In this document: piece after piece, positions 7,049 through 16,889 of the stretch
Layout: each line of letters opens with the position of its first letter
Numbering within the stretch: position 1 is the stretch's first letter
NCBI GenBank assembly: GCA_964454175.1
Contig: CAYVSA010000003.1
Span: 24,000 to 67,760 of the forward strand
DNA length: 43,761 bases
Source of the DNA: an uncultured Pseudomonadota bacterium
GTDB lineage: Bacteria > BMS3Abin14
Reading direction: 5' to 3'
Notes under the pieces: generated by a model
Database searches by the model: none
What the model was told of the DNA's origin: nothing
What the model saw: the letters and a program-made list of their open reading frames with translations, nothing else
Made by a program: the position numbers and the translations under genes

Positions 7049-9855
7049 TGAATATTTTGTTCAGGAAGTTACCGTTGGCACTGCTTGCCGCAGCAGTATT
7101 TGTTGCGGGCTGTGCAGGCCCCGGGGGGCAGATGCGGGCTTCGGTGGAGGAGGCTGCGGTAGCCAGAGTCCTTTCGGTGACCGGAGAGGACCTGCCGGAT
7201 AGGGTTCGTCTGACGATCGAGGGTACTTCTCCCCTGGCCTATACTGTTTTCAGGCTTTCGGAACCGGCCAGGCTGGTGGTTGACCTTGCCGACACTGATG
7301 TTACAGGCGTCGGATCCGATGTAGATATTTCCCTCGGCAGTGTTTCTACCGTAAAGCCCGTACAGTATGATGAAGAAGCGGGCAAGATCGGTAGGCTTGA
7401 GATCTCTCTTTTCGAACTCTGGGATTACGAGACCTCCAGGGAGGAAAATAATGTTATCGTCGATTTTCTCAAGCCTGTGGCAGTGCCTGAGGAAACTGCA
7501 CAGGTCCCCGCTGAGGTCGGACCGGCAACAGAGTTGGAAGTGGTCGAGCTGACTGTACAGGAACCGGATACTGGGGCGCAGCCTGCTGGATCTGAAATGT
7601 CGCAGGCCGCGGAACCCTTACCAATGGTCAGTATGGAGCCTGCCACCGTCATCAGCGAGGTTGTTTTTTCTGAAACAAGTGACGGGATGGATGTTGAATT
7701 TATTGGTGACGGCGCCGTGGGTAAATACGACGCTTTGAACCTCAAGAGTCCCACGCGTCTCGTAATCGATATCTGGGGTGTCGAAAAGGGCTTCAAACCG
7801 CGGGTCATTCCTGTCGACACATACGACGTCAGCCGTATCAGGGTTGGTGAACATCGCACGGAAGGGAAATTGAGGTTCGTCCTGGACTTTGGAATTGAAG
7901 ATGTCCCCCCGTACAGGATCCAGGAGATCGGCGACAGGCTGATTGTTTCACTGGGAGTCGAGCAGGCACCTGAGATCACAATGGCCGAGCCGGTAAGTGC
8001 ACCTGCACCGGAGCCGGTACAGGTACCTGAGCCTGAGCCGGTTAAAATGGCGGCGGAAGAGACAGTAGCAGCGCCTGCGGCAGTCCAGGAATCCGCGCCA
8101 GAGGTAGTGGTCCAGGGAGCGGGTGTATCTGACATACGCTACAGGGCGGAAGGTGGGGATGGCACCGTAATGGTGATCTCAGACTCTCCGGTGTCCTACA
8201 GCGTCAGCCAGCCAGATCAGGGGCACCTTCTGGTTGATCTGGAAGGTGTGGAACTCTCAGCAGAGTTCGTGCGCAGTATCGACACCAGGGACGAGGGCGG
8301 ACCCCTAAAGGCCCTTTCCTCCTTCAACCCCAAAGACCAGGCCGGAGCAAGGGTGAGTCTCACGGTTGAGCCTGGGACGCTGTTCGATATCGATCAATCT
8401 GGGGGTACCCTCTCGGTCCTCCTGACCGGACCGGTTGTAAAACAGCCAGTCGAGGAAACAGTGATCGCCGAAACCACAGAGCCGATACCGGTTGAGGCAC
8501 CGGCTCCGCCCGAGATGGAACCAGCCCCGGAACCGGCGGTCGTAACCGCTCCGCCTGTGAAGGCGGCACCAGTGGTCCGTTCAGAACCGGAAGACATTGC
8601 ACCTGTTGTGTCGGGCACTGTTTATTCCGGCGAGCTCATTACGCTGGATTTCCAGGACGCGGACCTTAAGAATGTTCTAAGGCTCATTGCTGAAGTCAGC
8701 GGGCTTAACATAATCACCAGCGACGATGTGGGCGGCAAGATCAGCATGAGAATGGTCAACGTTCCCTGGGACCAGGCCCTTGAGGTTATCCTGAAGACAA
8801 AGGGACTTGGTCAGGTGAAGGAACTCAACGTTGTGAGGATAGCTCCTCTCAATAAGCTTGAGAGCGAGCGTACAGCTGCCTTAAAGGCCAAGGAAGCACA
8901 GATGAAGGCGGAGGATCTGCACCTCAAGATCGTTCCCCTGAGCTATTCCAAGGCAGATGAAGTTGTGACACAGCTTACCGGTTTTTTAAGTTCCCGCGGA
9001 AGTATAAATACGGACAGGAGAACAAACTCCCTCATAGTGAAGGATCTTGCGGACAATATCACCAGGATAGTTGAGCTGGTGGACAAGCTGGATATACCCA
9101 CCCCGCAGGTCAGAATCGAGGCCAGGATCGTCATAGTCGACGAGTCATACTCAAAGACCCTGGGCATCAAATGGGGCGGCGCCTACAACGATGGGAGCAC
9201 GGTCATCTTTGGAAATACAGCCAGTTCCGACGCATCCTTCGGAGGAGGGAATTTCCTCGTGAACCTGCCTGCATCCAGTCCGACCGCGGTCTTAGGTTTT
9301 TCCTTCGGAGGAATTACAAACTTCGACAACCTGGATCTGCGTCTGAGCGCCATGGAACAGGCCGACAAGGGAAGAATAATTTCCAGTCCCACACTTATGG
9401 TCATCCAGAACGAGACCGCCAATATAGAGGTGAACAACCCCTTCCCGGAAAACAGGACATCAACCGAGGTGACCGACACCGGCACTACCACCACCACCTC
9501 AGTGTCCTTCCCAAGCATCTGGACAAAGCTCAAGATCACTCCCCAGGTCACCAGCAACGAGGACATCTTCATGGAAGTTGCCGTGGAAAAAGACAGCAAG
9601 GGACAGCAGGCTACTTTCGACCAGAATACATTCACCGGAGTTAACAGCCACAAACTTGAGACAAAGATCGTTCTGGACAATCACGGTACGGCGGTAATCG
9701 GCGGAGTTTATACAGAAAACAAGAAAAACGGGGGAAGTGCGGTTCCGTTCTTCTCCAAGATACCGATTTTTGGATGGCTCTTTAAGAACAAGTCCATCGA
9801 CAACACCAGAGAGGAGCTCCTGATCTTCATTAATGCCTCGATTGTCGAGGGTTAA
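7048..9855 (+). CDS. pilQ: Type IV pilus secretin PilQ with AMIN domains
   Basis: Lipobox VAGC; three AMIN-like repeats (RLVVDL, RLVIDI, LLVDL); N0 'ITLDFQDADLKNVLRLIAEVSGLNII'; secretin C-terminus 'VPFFSKIPIFGWLFK..REELLIFI'. Start is GTG 7045 or ATG 7048. Confidence 0.97.
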   Translation: MNILFRKLPLALLAAAVFVAGCAGPGGQMRASVEEAAVARVLSVTGEDLPDRVRLTIEGTSPLAYTVFRLSEPARLVVDLADTDVTGVGSDVDISLGSVSTVKPVQYDEEAGKIGRLEISLFELWDYETSREENNVIVDFLKPVAVPEETAQVPAEVGPATELEVVELTVQEPDTGAQPAGSEMSQAAEPLPMVSMEPATVISEVVFSETSDGMDVEFIGDGAVGKYDALNLKSPTRLVIDIWGVEKGFKPRVIPVDTYDVSRIRVGEHRTEGKLRFVLDFGIEDVPPYRIQEIGDRLIVSLGVEQAPEITMAEPVSAPAPEPVQVPEPEPVKMAAEETVAAPAAVQESAPEVVVQGAGVSDIRYRAEGGDGTVMVISDSPVSYSVSQPDQGHLLVDLEGVELSAEFVRSIDTRDEGGPLKALSSFNPKDQAGARVSLTVEPGTLFDIDQSGGTLSVLLTGPVVKQPVEETVIAETTEPIPVEAPAPPEMEPAPEPAVVTAPPVKAAPVVRSEPEDIAPVVSGTVYSGELITLDFQDADLKNVLRLIAEVSGLNIITSDDVGGKISMRMVNVPWDQALEVILKTKGLGQVKELNVVRIAPLNKLESERTAALKAKEAQMKAEDLHLKIVPLSYSKADEVVTQLTGFLSSRGSINTDRRTNSLIVKDLADNITRIVELVDKLDIPTPQVRIEARIVIVDESYSKTLGIKWGGAYNDGSTVIFGNTASSDASFGGGNFLVNLPASSPTAVLGFSFGGITNFDNLDLRLSAMEQADKGRIISSPTLMVIQNETANIEVNNPFPENRTSTEVTDTGTTTTTSVSFPSIWTKLKITPQVTSNEDIFMEVAVEKDSKGQQATFDQNTFTGVNSHKLETKIVLDNHGTAVIGGVYTENKKNGGSAVPFFSKIPIFGWLFKNKSIDNTREELLIFINASIVEG

Positions 9856-9872
9856 CAGAAACAGATCACCGG

Positions 9873-9911
9873 AAAGCGCATCCGTCGTAGCCGGCGGATG
9901 CGCTTTTTTTT
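9873..9911 (+). terminator. Intrinsic terminator after pilQ
   Basis: AAAGCGCATCCGTCG / CGGCGGATGCGCTTT stem followed by T8. Confidence 0.85.
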
Positions 9912-9921
9912 GGAGGTTGCG

Positions 9922-11079
9922 ATGATACGCTTTCTCACAGCAGGTGAGTCCCACGGAAAGGCTCTGATCGCCATTCTCGAGGGATTTCCGGCTGGACTTT
10001 CCGTTGATATCCCATTCGTGAACAGGGAGCTTGCAAGGAGACAGACCGGCTTCGGCAGAGGACTTCGGATGAAGATCGAGCAGGATCAGGTTGAGATCAT
10101 CTCCGGGATACGCGGCGGAAAGACACTGGGCAGCCCTATCGCACTGAGGATCTCGAACAGGGACTGGGAGAACTGGAAGGACTCCATGGCCGCTGCGGAG
10201 ATCAAGGGTGACCTGGAGGCTGTAACTCGGCCACGTCCCGGACACGCTGACCTGGCCGGAGGTATAAAGTATGGTCAGAAGGACTTCAGGAACGTTCTGG
10301 AGCGTGCAAGTGCCAGGGAAACAGCTGCAAGAGTTGCAGTCGGGGCGCTTGCCAAAACTCTCCTGAGAAAATTTGACATTACCGTTGTAGGCCATGTTCT
10401 GTCCATGGGGGGCTCATCGGTAAGCAAGAAACTGCTAAACGCGCCCCAAATGGAAGAGGCTGTCGAAAAATCAGAAGTTCGCTGTCTCGACCCAGAGGTG
10501 GAAAGGGAGATCATAGATATCATCGAACGCGCCAGGTCCGACGGAGAGACTCTCGGAGGTGTTTTCGAGATTTGCGCCTTTAATGTTCCTGTAGGTCTGG
10601 GAAGCTATGTCCACTGGGACCGGAGGCTTGACGGCGACCTGGCCAGGGCGGTGATGAGTATTCCAGCGATCAAGGGAGTACAGATCGGATTAGGTTTCAA
10701 AGCCGCGGACCTTCCGGGTTCCGAGGTGCACGATGCGATCAGCTTTAAAAGAGGAAGAGGGTTTTACAGGGACACCAACAGGGCCGGTGGAATTGAAGGC
10801 GGTGTTTCAAATGGTGAGACGATCATCGTGAGCGGTGCCATGAAGCCGATCCCGACATTAATGTCTCCGCTGCCCTCGGTGCATTTTTTAAGCAAGCAGG
10901 AAGCATCAGCTTCGGTGGAAAGATCCGATGTGACTGCAGTTCCCTCGGCCTGCGTAATCGCTGAGTCGGTTGTAGCACTTGTGATCTGCGAACACCTGTG
11001 CCTGAAATTAGGAGGAGACTCGCTGGAGGAGATGCAGCGCAATTGCGAGGCATATCAGGCATATATACGGAGTCTGTAA
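9922..11079 (+). CDS. aroC: Chorismate synthase
   Basis: 'RFLTAGESHG', 'RPGHAD', 'ERASARET', 'GGIEGG', 'MKPIPT'. Start at ATG 9922 after GGAGG. Confidence 0.98.
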   Translation: MIRFLTAGESHGKALIAILEGFPAGLSVDIPFVNRELARRQTGFGRGLRMKIEQDQVEIISGIRGGKTLGSPIALRISNRDWENWKDSMAAAEIKGDLEAVTRPRPGHADLAGGIKYGQKDFRNVLERASARETAARVAVGALAKTLLRKFDITVVGHVLSMGGSSVSKKLLNAPQMEEAVEKSEVRCLDPEVEREIIDIIERARSDGETLGGVFEICAFNVPVGLGSYVHWDRRLDGDLARAVMSIPAIKGVQIGLGFKAADLPGSEVHDAISFKRGRGFYRDTNRAGGIEGGVSNGETIIVSGAMKPIPTLMSPLPSVHFLSKQEASASVERSDVTAVPSACVIAESVVALVICEHLCLKLGGDSLEEMQRNCEAYQAYIRSL

Positions 11080-11193
11080 AGAGGACCTTTCCAGGAGGAA
11101 GCGTCCTTTACCGCAAACAACGACAACTGCTTTCAGGCAGCCATCGCCATGGATATTTTTGAAACAGCAGGGGTGTCGAACATTGGAAGCTGA
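11080..11193 (+). pseudogene. aroK: Probable C-terminal remnant of shikimate kinase
   Basis: Stop-free run RGPFQEEASFTANNDNCFQAAIAMDIFETAGVSNIGS* between aroC and aroB, resembling the AroK C-terminus (R-x-P-x-Y-x-x-A...D...VA-x-x-I). Its stop lies just inside the aroB start region. Confidence 0.5.
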
Positions 11194-12256
11194 TCTTAAA
11201 ATCCATCTTGGAGAGCGTTCCTACCGAATTATGGTGTCTCCCGACGCATGGGACCAACTTCCGGGGTTCCTCGATAAAGAGAACATTTCCGGAAAACTTC
11301 TGGTAGTCACTGACGATCGGGTGGGCTCGTTATACAGTTCAAGCCTTGCAGGGGTCCTGGAGGGCACCGGGAGAAGGGCGAGATTTCACACGATTCCTCA
11401 GGGGGAGGAGAGTAAGTCTTTTTTCGAGATCGAACGCCTCTGCAGGTCGATGTCTGAGAATGGCTTTGATCGCAAGTCCGTCATCCTGGCCATGGGAGGA
11501 GGCGTTGTTGGAGATCTCGCAGGCCTGGCAGCTTCGGTCTATTTGAGGGGAGTAACATATATCCAGCTGCCCACAACGCTTCTTGCCATGGTGGACAGCA
11601 GTGTGGGCGGCAAGACCGGGATCAACATACCGGAGGGCAAGAACCTGGTTGGCACATTTTATCAGCCGGCTATGGTGTGCGTTAATACCAGGACCCTCGA
11701 AACACTGGAGGCACGCGACTGGTACTCCGGGATGGCTGAGGTCGTGAAAATCGCTCTGACCAGCGACCCTGTACTCTTTGGGTACCTGGAGGGGTTCAAC
11801 GAGATCGGCCCGGACGCAGGGATCGAACCCACAAGGATCATTAAAGCTGCCTGTATGAAAAAGGCACTGGTAGTCGAGGAGGACGAACGGGAGTCAGGCC
11901 AGAGGAGAGTGCTTAACTTCGGTCATACCCTTGGCCATGCACTGGAAGCTTCGGCAGGCTTTGGTGGACTCAGGCATGGAGAGGCGGTTGCTCTTGGAAT
12001 GAAGGCCTCCCTGGAGCTCTCAAGAAGACAGGCCGGGCTTCCGGAGGATCAGTTTAAAAGGGCCATGGAGGTAATAGACAGGATCCCTACTCCACAGTTC
12101 GACTCTCTGGACGGTCTCTCCGAGTTCATCCTGAGGGACAAAAAGAGCAGCGGCGGTGCCGTCACAATAGTTCTTATAGAGGGCATAGGCATTCCAAGAC
12201 TGGTTCCTCTGAATGACCCTGGGGCGCTTCTGGATGCTTTTACCGCGGTAGCCTGA
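11183..12256 (+). CDS. aroB: 3-dehydroquinate synthase
   Basis: 'GGGVVGD', 'PTTLLAMVDSSVGGKTG', 'LNFGHTLGHA', 'HGEAV'. Start probably TTG 11183. Confidence 0.97.
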   Translation: MEADLKIHLGERSYRIMVSPDAWDQLPGFLDKENISGKLLVVTDDRVGSLYSSSLAGVLEGTGRRARFHTIPQGEESKSFFEIERLCRSMSENGFDRKSVILAMGGGVVGDLAGLAASVYLRGVTYIQLPTTLLAMVDSSVGGKTGINIPEGKNLVGTFYQPAMVCVNTRTLETLEARDWYSGMAEVVKIALTSDPVLFGYLEGFNEIGPDAGIEPTRIIKAACMKKALVVEEDERESGQRRVLNFGHTLGHALEASAGFGGLRHGEAVALGMKASLELSRRQAGLPEDQFKRAMEVIDRIPTPQFDSLDGLSEFILRDKKSSGGAVTIVLIEGIGIPRLVPLNDPGALLDAFTAVA

Positions 12257-12372
12257 TTTTGAATGTTAACAACGGACGGTTTTAGGGGTATATTTATCTG
12301 AGGTCAGCCCTTGCTGTAAGTATCGGGGGCTGCCGGCTAAACCGCTCAATTAATAATTTCTGGAGGTGTGCT

Positions 12373-13464
12373 ATGAGGCAAGAGGAGATCCAGCGTTATG
12401 AAAAGATGCTGGCAAAAGACCCGGACTCCAGGGCCTTCGCTCCCCTCGCTGAGGCTTACAGGAAAGCTGGAGACCTTGACATGGCGCTCAGTATCGCCCT
12501 GTCAGGTCTGGAGATCCACCCGAACTACGTAGGAGGACTTGTCGTTTCGGGAAGGGTACTCTTCGAAAAGGGTGAATACAAAAAGGCCATGGAGGCGTTA
12601 AGTAAGGCTGTTGCTGATTCGCCGGAAAACTACAGAGCACAGAAGTGTCTTGCCAAGACAGCCATGGAGCTGAAGGACAATGAAACTGCTTTAACGGCGC
12701 TTAAAGCTGCGGCGCTCCTGAGCCCTGAAGACGAGGAAGTTGTAGCGGACATGAAAAAACTGGAAGGTGAAGCGTCCTCATCTGCCTTCAAGCCGGTTCC
12801 CGATATGGACGTAGAGGACATGTTGAAAATGTCTGTGGATCCGCAGCCGGATCATGTTGCAGAACCTTCACAACCGAGTGAGCCCGGAGGGAATCCCGAT
12901 GCCGTGCCAGCGGGTGAACAGAACGCTCAGGCTGTGCCGGCATTAGCGCCGCTATCTGAAGGGCTGGGGTTTGCAGACGAGCAGGTCGAAGCAGATCCTG
13001 ATATTTCACCCGATACGGGATCATCCGGACCCGGCGGCATTATTGAGGGCTTCGAACAATTTCCCCCTCCCGATGCCGATGAAGATCTCTCAGACATAGG
13101 TGCTGACGTGTATGCGCAGGAAATAAATGAAGAGCATGAGTCCTTACTGCCTGAGGGTTCTGCTGCTCCCGGGGATGATGCTATAGTTACGGAGACCATG
13201 GCGGAGATCTATGCTGACCAGGGAGAACCCGAGAAGGCTGAGGAACTCTACAGGCAGCTTATGCACGAAGATCGTGGCCAGGAGGCTGGGGCGGGTACGC
13301 CCGCTCCGGATCCAGTACAGGTGAAGGCCCCTGATGCTCCCGTGGAAACCGATAGCCACCCTGGACCCCTGGCAGACATGGACAGCCCTGAGGATACGGA
13401 TGACAAGGTCGTCTCAACACTTGAGAACTGGCTTAAAAATATGGAAAGGATGAGCCGCAAATGA
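12373..13464 (+). CDS. TPR protein with acidic/Pro-rich linker
   Basis: N-terminal TPRs ('DPDSRAFAPLAEAYRKAG'); 'TETMAEIYADQG' TPR; C-terminal 'LENWL'. Confidence 0.85.
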   Translation: MRQEEIQRYEKMLAKDPDSRAFAPLAEAYRKAGDLDMALSIALSGLEIHPNYVGGLVVSGRVLFEKGEYKKAMEALSKAVADSPENYRAQKCLAKTAMELKDNETALTALKAAALLSPEDEEVVADMKKLEGEASSSAFKPVPDMDVEDMLKMSVDPQPDHVAEPSQPSEPGGNPDAVPAGEQNAQAVPALAPLSEGLGFADEQVEADPDISPDTGSSGPGGIIEGFEQFPPPDADEDLSDIGADVYAQEINEEHESLLPEGSAAPGDDAIVTETMAEIYADQGEPEKAEELYRQLMHEDRGQEAGAGTPAPDPVQVKAPDAPVETDSHPGPLADMDSPEDTDDKVVSTLENWLKNMERMSRK

Positions 13465-13820
13465 TTTTTGAAAATGTGCTCAGGGAGATATCCGAGGCAG
13501 CAAACGGTGTGCAGGGTTCGGTTGTTATGGGGATGGACGGTATACCCATCGGCGAACATATCGTAGATCCTGACTGCAGCATACAGACCGTGGGCATTGA
13601 GTATGCCAATGCAATCAAGAGTATTCAGAACGCCTCAAGGTCCCTGAACTCAGGGGAAGTCACCGAAGTAACTGTTAACACAGACAGCACGGTCTTTATC
13701 CTTCGCCTTATTAATCCTGAATATTTCATTGCGGTTGCTCTGACACCGGATGGTAACTTCGGGAAGGCTCGTTATCTCATGAGAATGGCCGTGCCGCGGT
13801 TGGCAGGAGAGTTCGAGTAA
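13461..13820 (+). CDS. mglC: Roadblock/LC7 protein, MglC-like
   Basis: 119 aa; 'VMGMDGIPI', 'GNFGKARYLMR'; position between pilQ and efp-accB-accC matches the Myxococcus mglC locus. Confidence 0.75.
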   Translation: MIFENVLREISEAANGVQGSVVMGMDGIPIGEHIVDPDCSIQTVGIEYANAIKSIQNASRSLNSGEVTEVTVNTDSTVFILRLINPEYFIAVALTPDGNFGKARYLMRMAVPRLAGEFE

Positions 13821-14285
13821 ATGAAGATCCTGGTCATACAGGGGCCTAACCTGAATCTTCTTGGAACCAGGGAACGCGAGTTTTACGGAACAGGCACCCT
13901 GGAGGAAATTCACTCGGGTCTCGTGGAGCTGGGTCGTGAGCTTGGCCTTGAAGTTGATGCGTTCCAGTCAAATCACGAGGGCGAGATAGTCGAGGCTATC
14001 CAGAATGCACCGGCAACAGGTGTGTCTGCGATGATAATTAACCCGGCGGCTTATACCCACACCAGTGTGGCTATACGTGATGCCCTGACGGCGGTCGGTT
14101 TGCCATACTTTGAAGTTCATATTTCCAACATTAAATCCCGTGAGGATTTCAGGCACAAGTCTATGATCTCGGAGGGTGCAGCCGGAATAGTTACCGGTTT
14201 TGGGGCGGCTGGTTATGGGTTGGCCTTGAGAGGCGCATCAATACACCTTGGTCAGATACGCGATAAGGAGGACAGCGGGAGTTGA
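13821..14285 (+). CDS. aroQ: Type II 3-dehydroquinate dehydratase
   Basis: 'GPNLNLLGTRE', 'QSNHEGE', 'INPAAYTHTS', 'EVHISN'. Confidence 0.98.
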   Translation: MKILVIQGPNLNLLGTREREFYGTGTLEEIHSGLVELGRELGLEVDAFQSNHEGEIVEAIQNAPATGVSAMIINPAAYTHTSVAIRDALTAVGLPYFEVHISNIKSREDFRHKSMISEGAAGIVTGFGAAGYGLALRGASIHLGQIRDKEDSGS

Positions 14286-14845
14286 TAACGACAAATCAGT
14301 TCAGAAGAGGCATGAAACTGGAGATGGATGGCGAGCCTTTAGTGATCATTGATTTCCAGCATGTAAAACCAGGCAAAGGTGGAGCCTTCGTTCGGACAAA
14401 ACTCAAGAGCCTGGTCTCTGGAAACGTTCTGGAGCACACATTCCGTTCAGGAGACAAGGTAAAGAGGCCGGATTTCGAGGAGAAGGAAATGCAGTTCCTG
14501 TACGGTGACGAGGCGGGATCCTATCACTTCATGGATGTATCCACCTACGATCAGATCGGTATATCCTCTCAGGAGTTGGGTGATACCGTTGATTATTTAC
14601 AGGAGCAGATAACAGTGACAGTGCAGTTTTACAATGGGAAGCCCATCGGTGTTGAGCTTCCGATATTTGTTACACTTAAGGTCGTAAAGTCGGAACCGGG
14701 TTTGAAAGGGGACACAGCATCAGGTGCCACAAAACCGGCAGAATTGGAAACTGGCGCCGTGATCCAGGTACCCCTGTTTGTTGATGAAGGGGAATTGGTC
14801 AAGATAGACACGAGGACCGGAGAGTACATCGAGCGTTCCAGGTGA
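14282..14845 (+). CDS. efp: Elongation factor P
   Basis: '[12 protein letters not shown]' loop; '[12 protein letters not shown]'. Confidence 0.98.
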   Translation: MITTNQFRRGMKLEMDGEPLVIIDFQHVKPGKGGAFVRTKLKSLVSGNVLEHTFRSGDKVKRPDFEEKEMQFLYGDEAGSYHFMDVSTYDQIGISSQELGDTVDYLQEQITVTVQFYNGKPIGVELPIFVTLKVVKSEPGLKGDTASGATKPAELETGAVIQVPLFVDEGELVKIDTRTGEYIERSR

Positions 14846-14867
14846 CGCTTTATCACGGGAGAATGTT

Positions 14868-15341
14868 ATGGACATGAAGGACGTTAAAGAGCTGCTGAAG
14901 CTCATCAAGAGGTACAATGTGCAGGATCTTTCTCTCCAGAAGGGAGATAAAAAGATCAGGGTTCGAATGGGACCGCAGACCGTTCCAGGCGATTACGCGA
15001 TGCCCAGGCCTGCTGCCGCGCCCGAACCCGCCTCTGTACAGGTGCCTTCGGCGCCGGCCGAACTGGTCCAGGCCGAGAGCCAGTTATCTGTCGGTGAGAA
15101 CCAGTTTCTTGTGACTTCGCCCATTGTAGGCACTTTCTACAGGTCACCCTCCCCTGAATCTCCACCGTATGTGGAAGTTGGAGGAACGGCTGGCAAAGGA
15201 ACTGTACTTTGTATCGTTGAAGCAATGAAAATCATGAATGAGATCGAATGCGAGGTTAATGGGAAGATCGCTTCGATCCTGGTGGAAAATGCTCAGCCGG
15301 TTGAGTACGGCGAGCCTCTGTTTATTATTGACCTGACCTGA
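14868..15341 (+). CDS. accB: Acetyl-CoA carboxylase biotin carboxyl carrier protein
   Basis: 'SPIVGTFY', biotinylation motif 'EAMKIMNEI'. Confidence 0.98.
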   Translation: MDMKDVKELLKLIKRYNVQDLSLQKGDKKIRVRMGPQTVPGDYAMPRPAAAPEPASVQVPSAPAELVQAESQLSVGENQFLVTSPIVGTFYRSPSPESPPYVEVGGTAGKGTVLCIVEAMKIMNEIECEVNGKIASILVENAQPVEYGEPLFIIDLT

Positions 15342-15342
15342 T

Positions 15343-16689
15343 ATGGCACGATTATTTTCTAAAATACTAATTGCCAACAGGGGTGAGATAGCGCTCAGGG
15401 TGATCAGGGCATGCCGGGAGTTGGGCATTAAAACAGTAGCGGTGTATTCTGACGCTGACAGGGATGCCCTTCACGCCAGGTTTGCTGACGAGAGCATCTG
15501 TATAGGACCCGCCGCCAGTAAACTGAGCTACCTTAATATACCGGCAGTAGTGAGCGCGGCAGAGGTCTCGGATGCTGAGGCGATCCACCCGGGTTACGGG
15601 TTTCTGGCAGAGGACCCCGAGTTTGCCGAGGTTTGCGAGGCGAGCGGGATCACCTTCATTGGCCCAACCTCATCCCACATCAGGCTTATGGGCAACAAGA
15701 TCCAGGCCAGGGAACTGGCGGTGAATGCCGGACTCACCATACCCAGTGGCGGTGGTGAAGGCCTGGCCGATCCCGAAAAGGCACTTTCGGTGGCAAGGGA
15801 CCTCGGGTTTCCGGTGATGATAAAAGCTGCCGCAGGAGGCGGGGGAAGGGGCATACGAGTAGTTCACTCCGAGGCCTCATTCAGAACAGCCTTCTCCATG
15901 GCGCAGTCAGAGGCGATGGCCGGTTTTAACAGCCCGGACGTGTACATGGAGAGATTCATTACCAACCCAAGGCACGTAGAGTTCCAGATACTGGCTGACA
16001 ATCACGGCTCGGTGATACATCTGGGAGAAAGGGAATGCAGCATCCAGAGGCGCTACCAGAAAGTCCTCGAAGAAGCGCCATCCCCTGCACTTGACGATGA
16101 TCTGAGGGAACAGATGGGCAATGCCGCAGTCTCTCTTGCAAGGAAGGCCGGATACGTCAATGCGGGGACGGTCGAATTTCTTCTGGACGAGGAAAAAAAC
16201 TTTTATTTCATGGAGATGAACACCAGGGTTCAGGTGGAACATCCCGTAACTGAAATGGTAACCGGAGTGGACCTGGTAAAAGAGCAGATACGAATAAGCG
16301 CCGGCAACCCGCTGGAGCTTACGCAGGATGACATCGTTTTAAGGGGCCATGCGATAGAGTGCAGGATCAATGCTGAGGACCCGGAGGATTTCAGACCTTC
16401 TCCCGGGACAATTACATTTTACTACACACCCGGCGGACCAGGCATAAGGGTTGATTCAGCAGCCTACGAGTCTTACTTTATTCCTCCCTTTTACGATTCG
16501 ATGATCGCGAAGCTTATCGCGCACGGCCGGGACAGGGAAGAAGCTTTAGCCCGCATGGCAAGGGCACTGGAGGAGTTCGTGATCGATGGAGTAAAAACAA
16601 GTATACCCCTCCACCAGAGGATACTCAGAAGGATGAAGTTCAAGAAGGGTGAGTACACAACCAATTTTCTGGAAGGGATGATGTCGTGA
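15343..16689 (+). CDS. accC: Biotin carboxylase
   Basis: 'KILIANRGEIA', 'HPGYGFLAE', 'GGGGRG', 'EMNTRVQVEH'. Confidence 0.98.
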   Translation: MARLFSKILIANRGEIALRVIRACRELGIKTVAVYSDADRDALHARFADESICIGPAASKLSYLNIPAVVSAAEVSDAEAIHPGYGFLAEDPEFAEVCEASGITFIGPTSSHIRLMGNKIQARELAVNAGLTIPSGGGEGLADPEKALSVARDLGFPVMIKAAAGGGGRGIRVVHSEASFRTAFSMAQSEAMAGFNSPDVYMERFITNPRHVEFQILADNHGSVIHLGERECSIQRRYQKVLEEAPSPALDDDLREQMGNAAVSLARKAGYVNAGTVEFLLDEEKNFYFMEMNTRVQVEHPVTEMVTGVDLVKEQIRISAGNPLELTQDDIVLRGHAIECRINAEDPEDFRPSPGTITFYYTPGGPGIRVDSAAYESYFIPPFYDSMIAKLIAHGRDREEALARMARALEEFVIDGVKTSIPLHQRILRRMKFKKGEYTTNFLEGMMS

Positions 16690-16889
16690 AGTCTGTGAAA
16701 CAGCCGGATCGCGCTGGAATCTGTCTGGAGGACCTCCCCGCTGCTGCAAGGCGCCTTGTCTGCGGCATCGGTGTGCCTGGTATTGGAAGGGTTGAACACT
16801 GTGAGTTGATTTCTGATCATCACTCTGATGTAATGTCGGTTATAGCAGTATAAGCTATTATGAAATTTGCATAGGATATCACCGAAAAC

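Noticed and set aside
9499-10395. 298-aa minus-strand ORF
   Set aside because: Antisense to pilQ/aroC and crosses a terminator.
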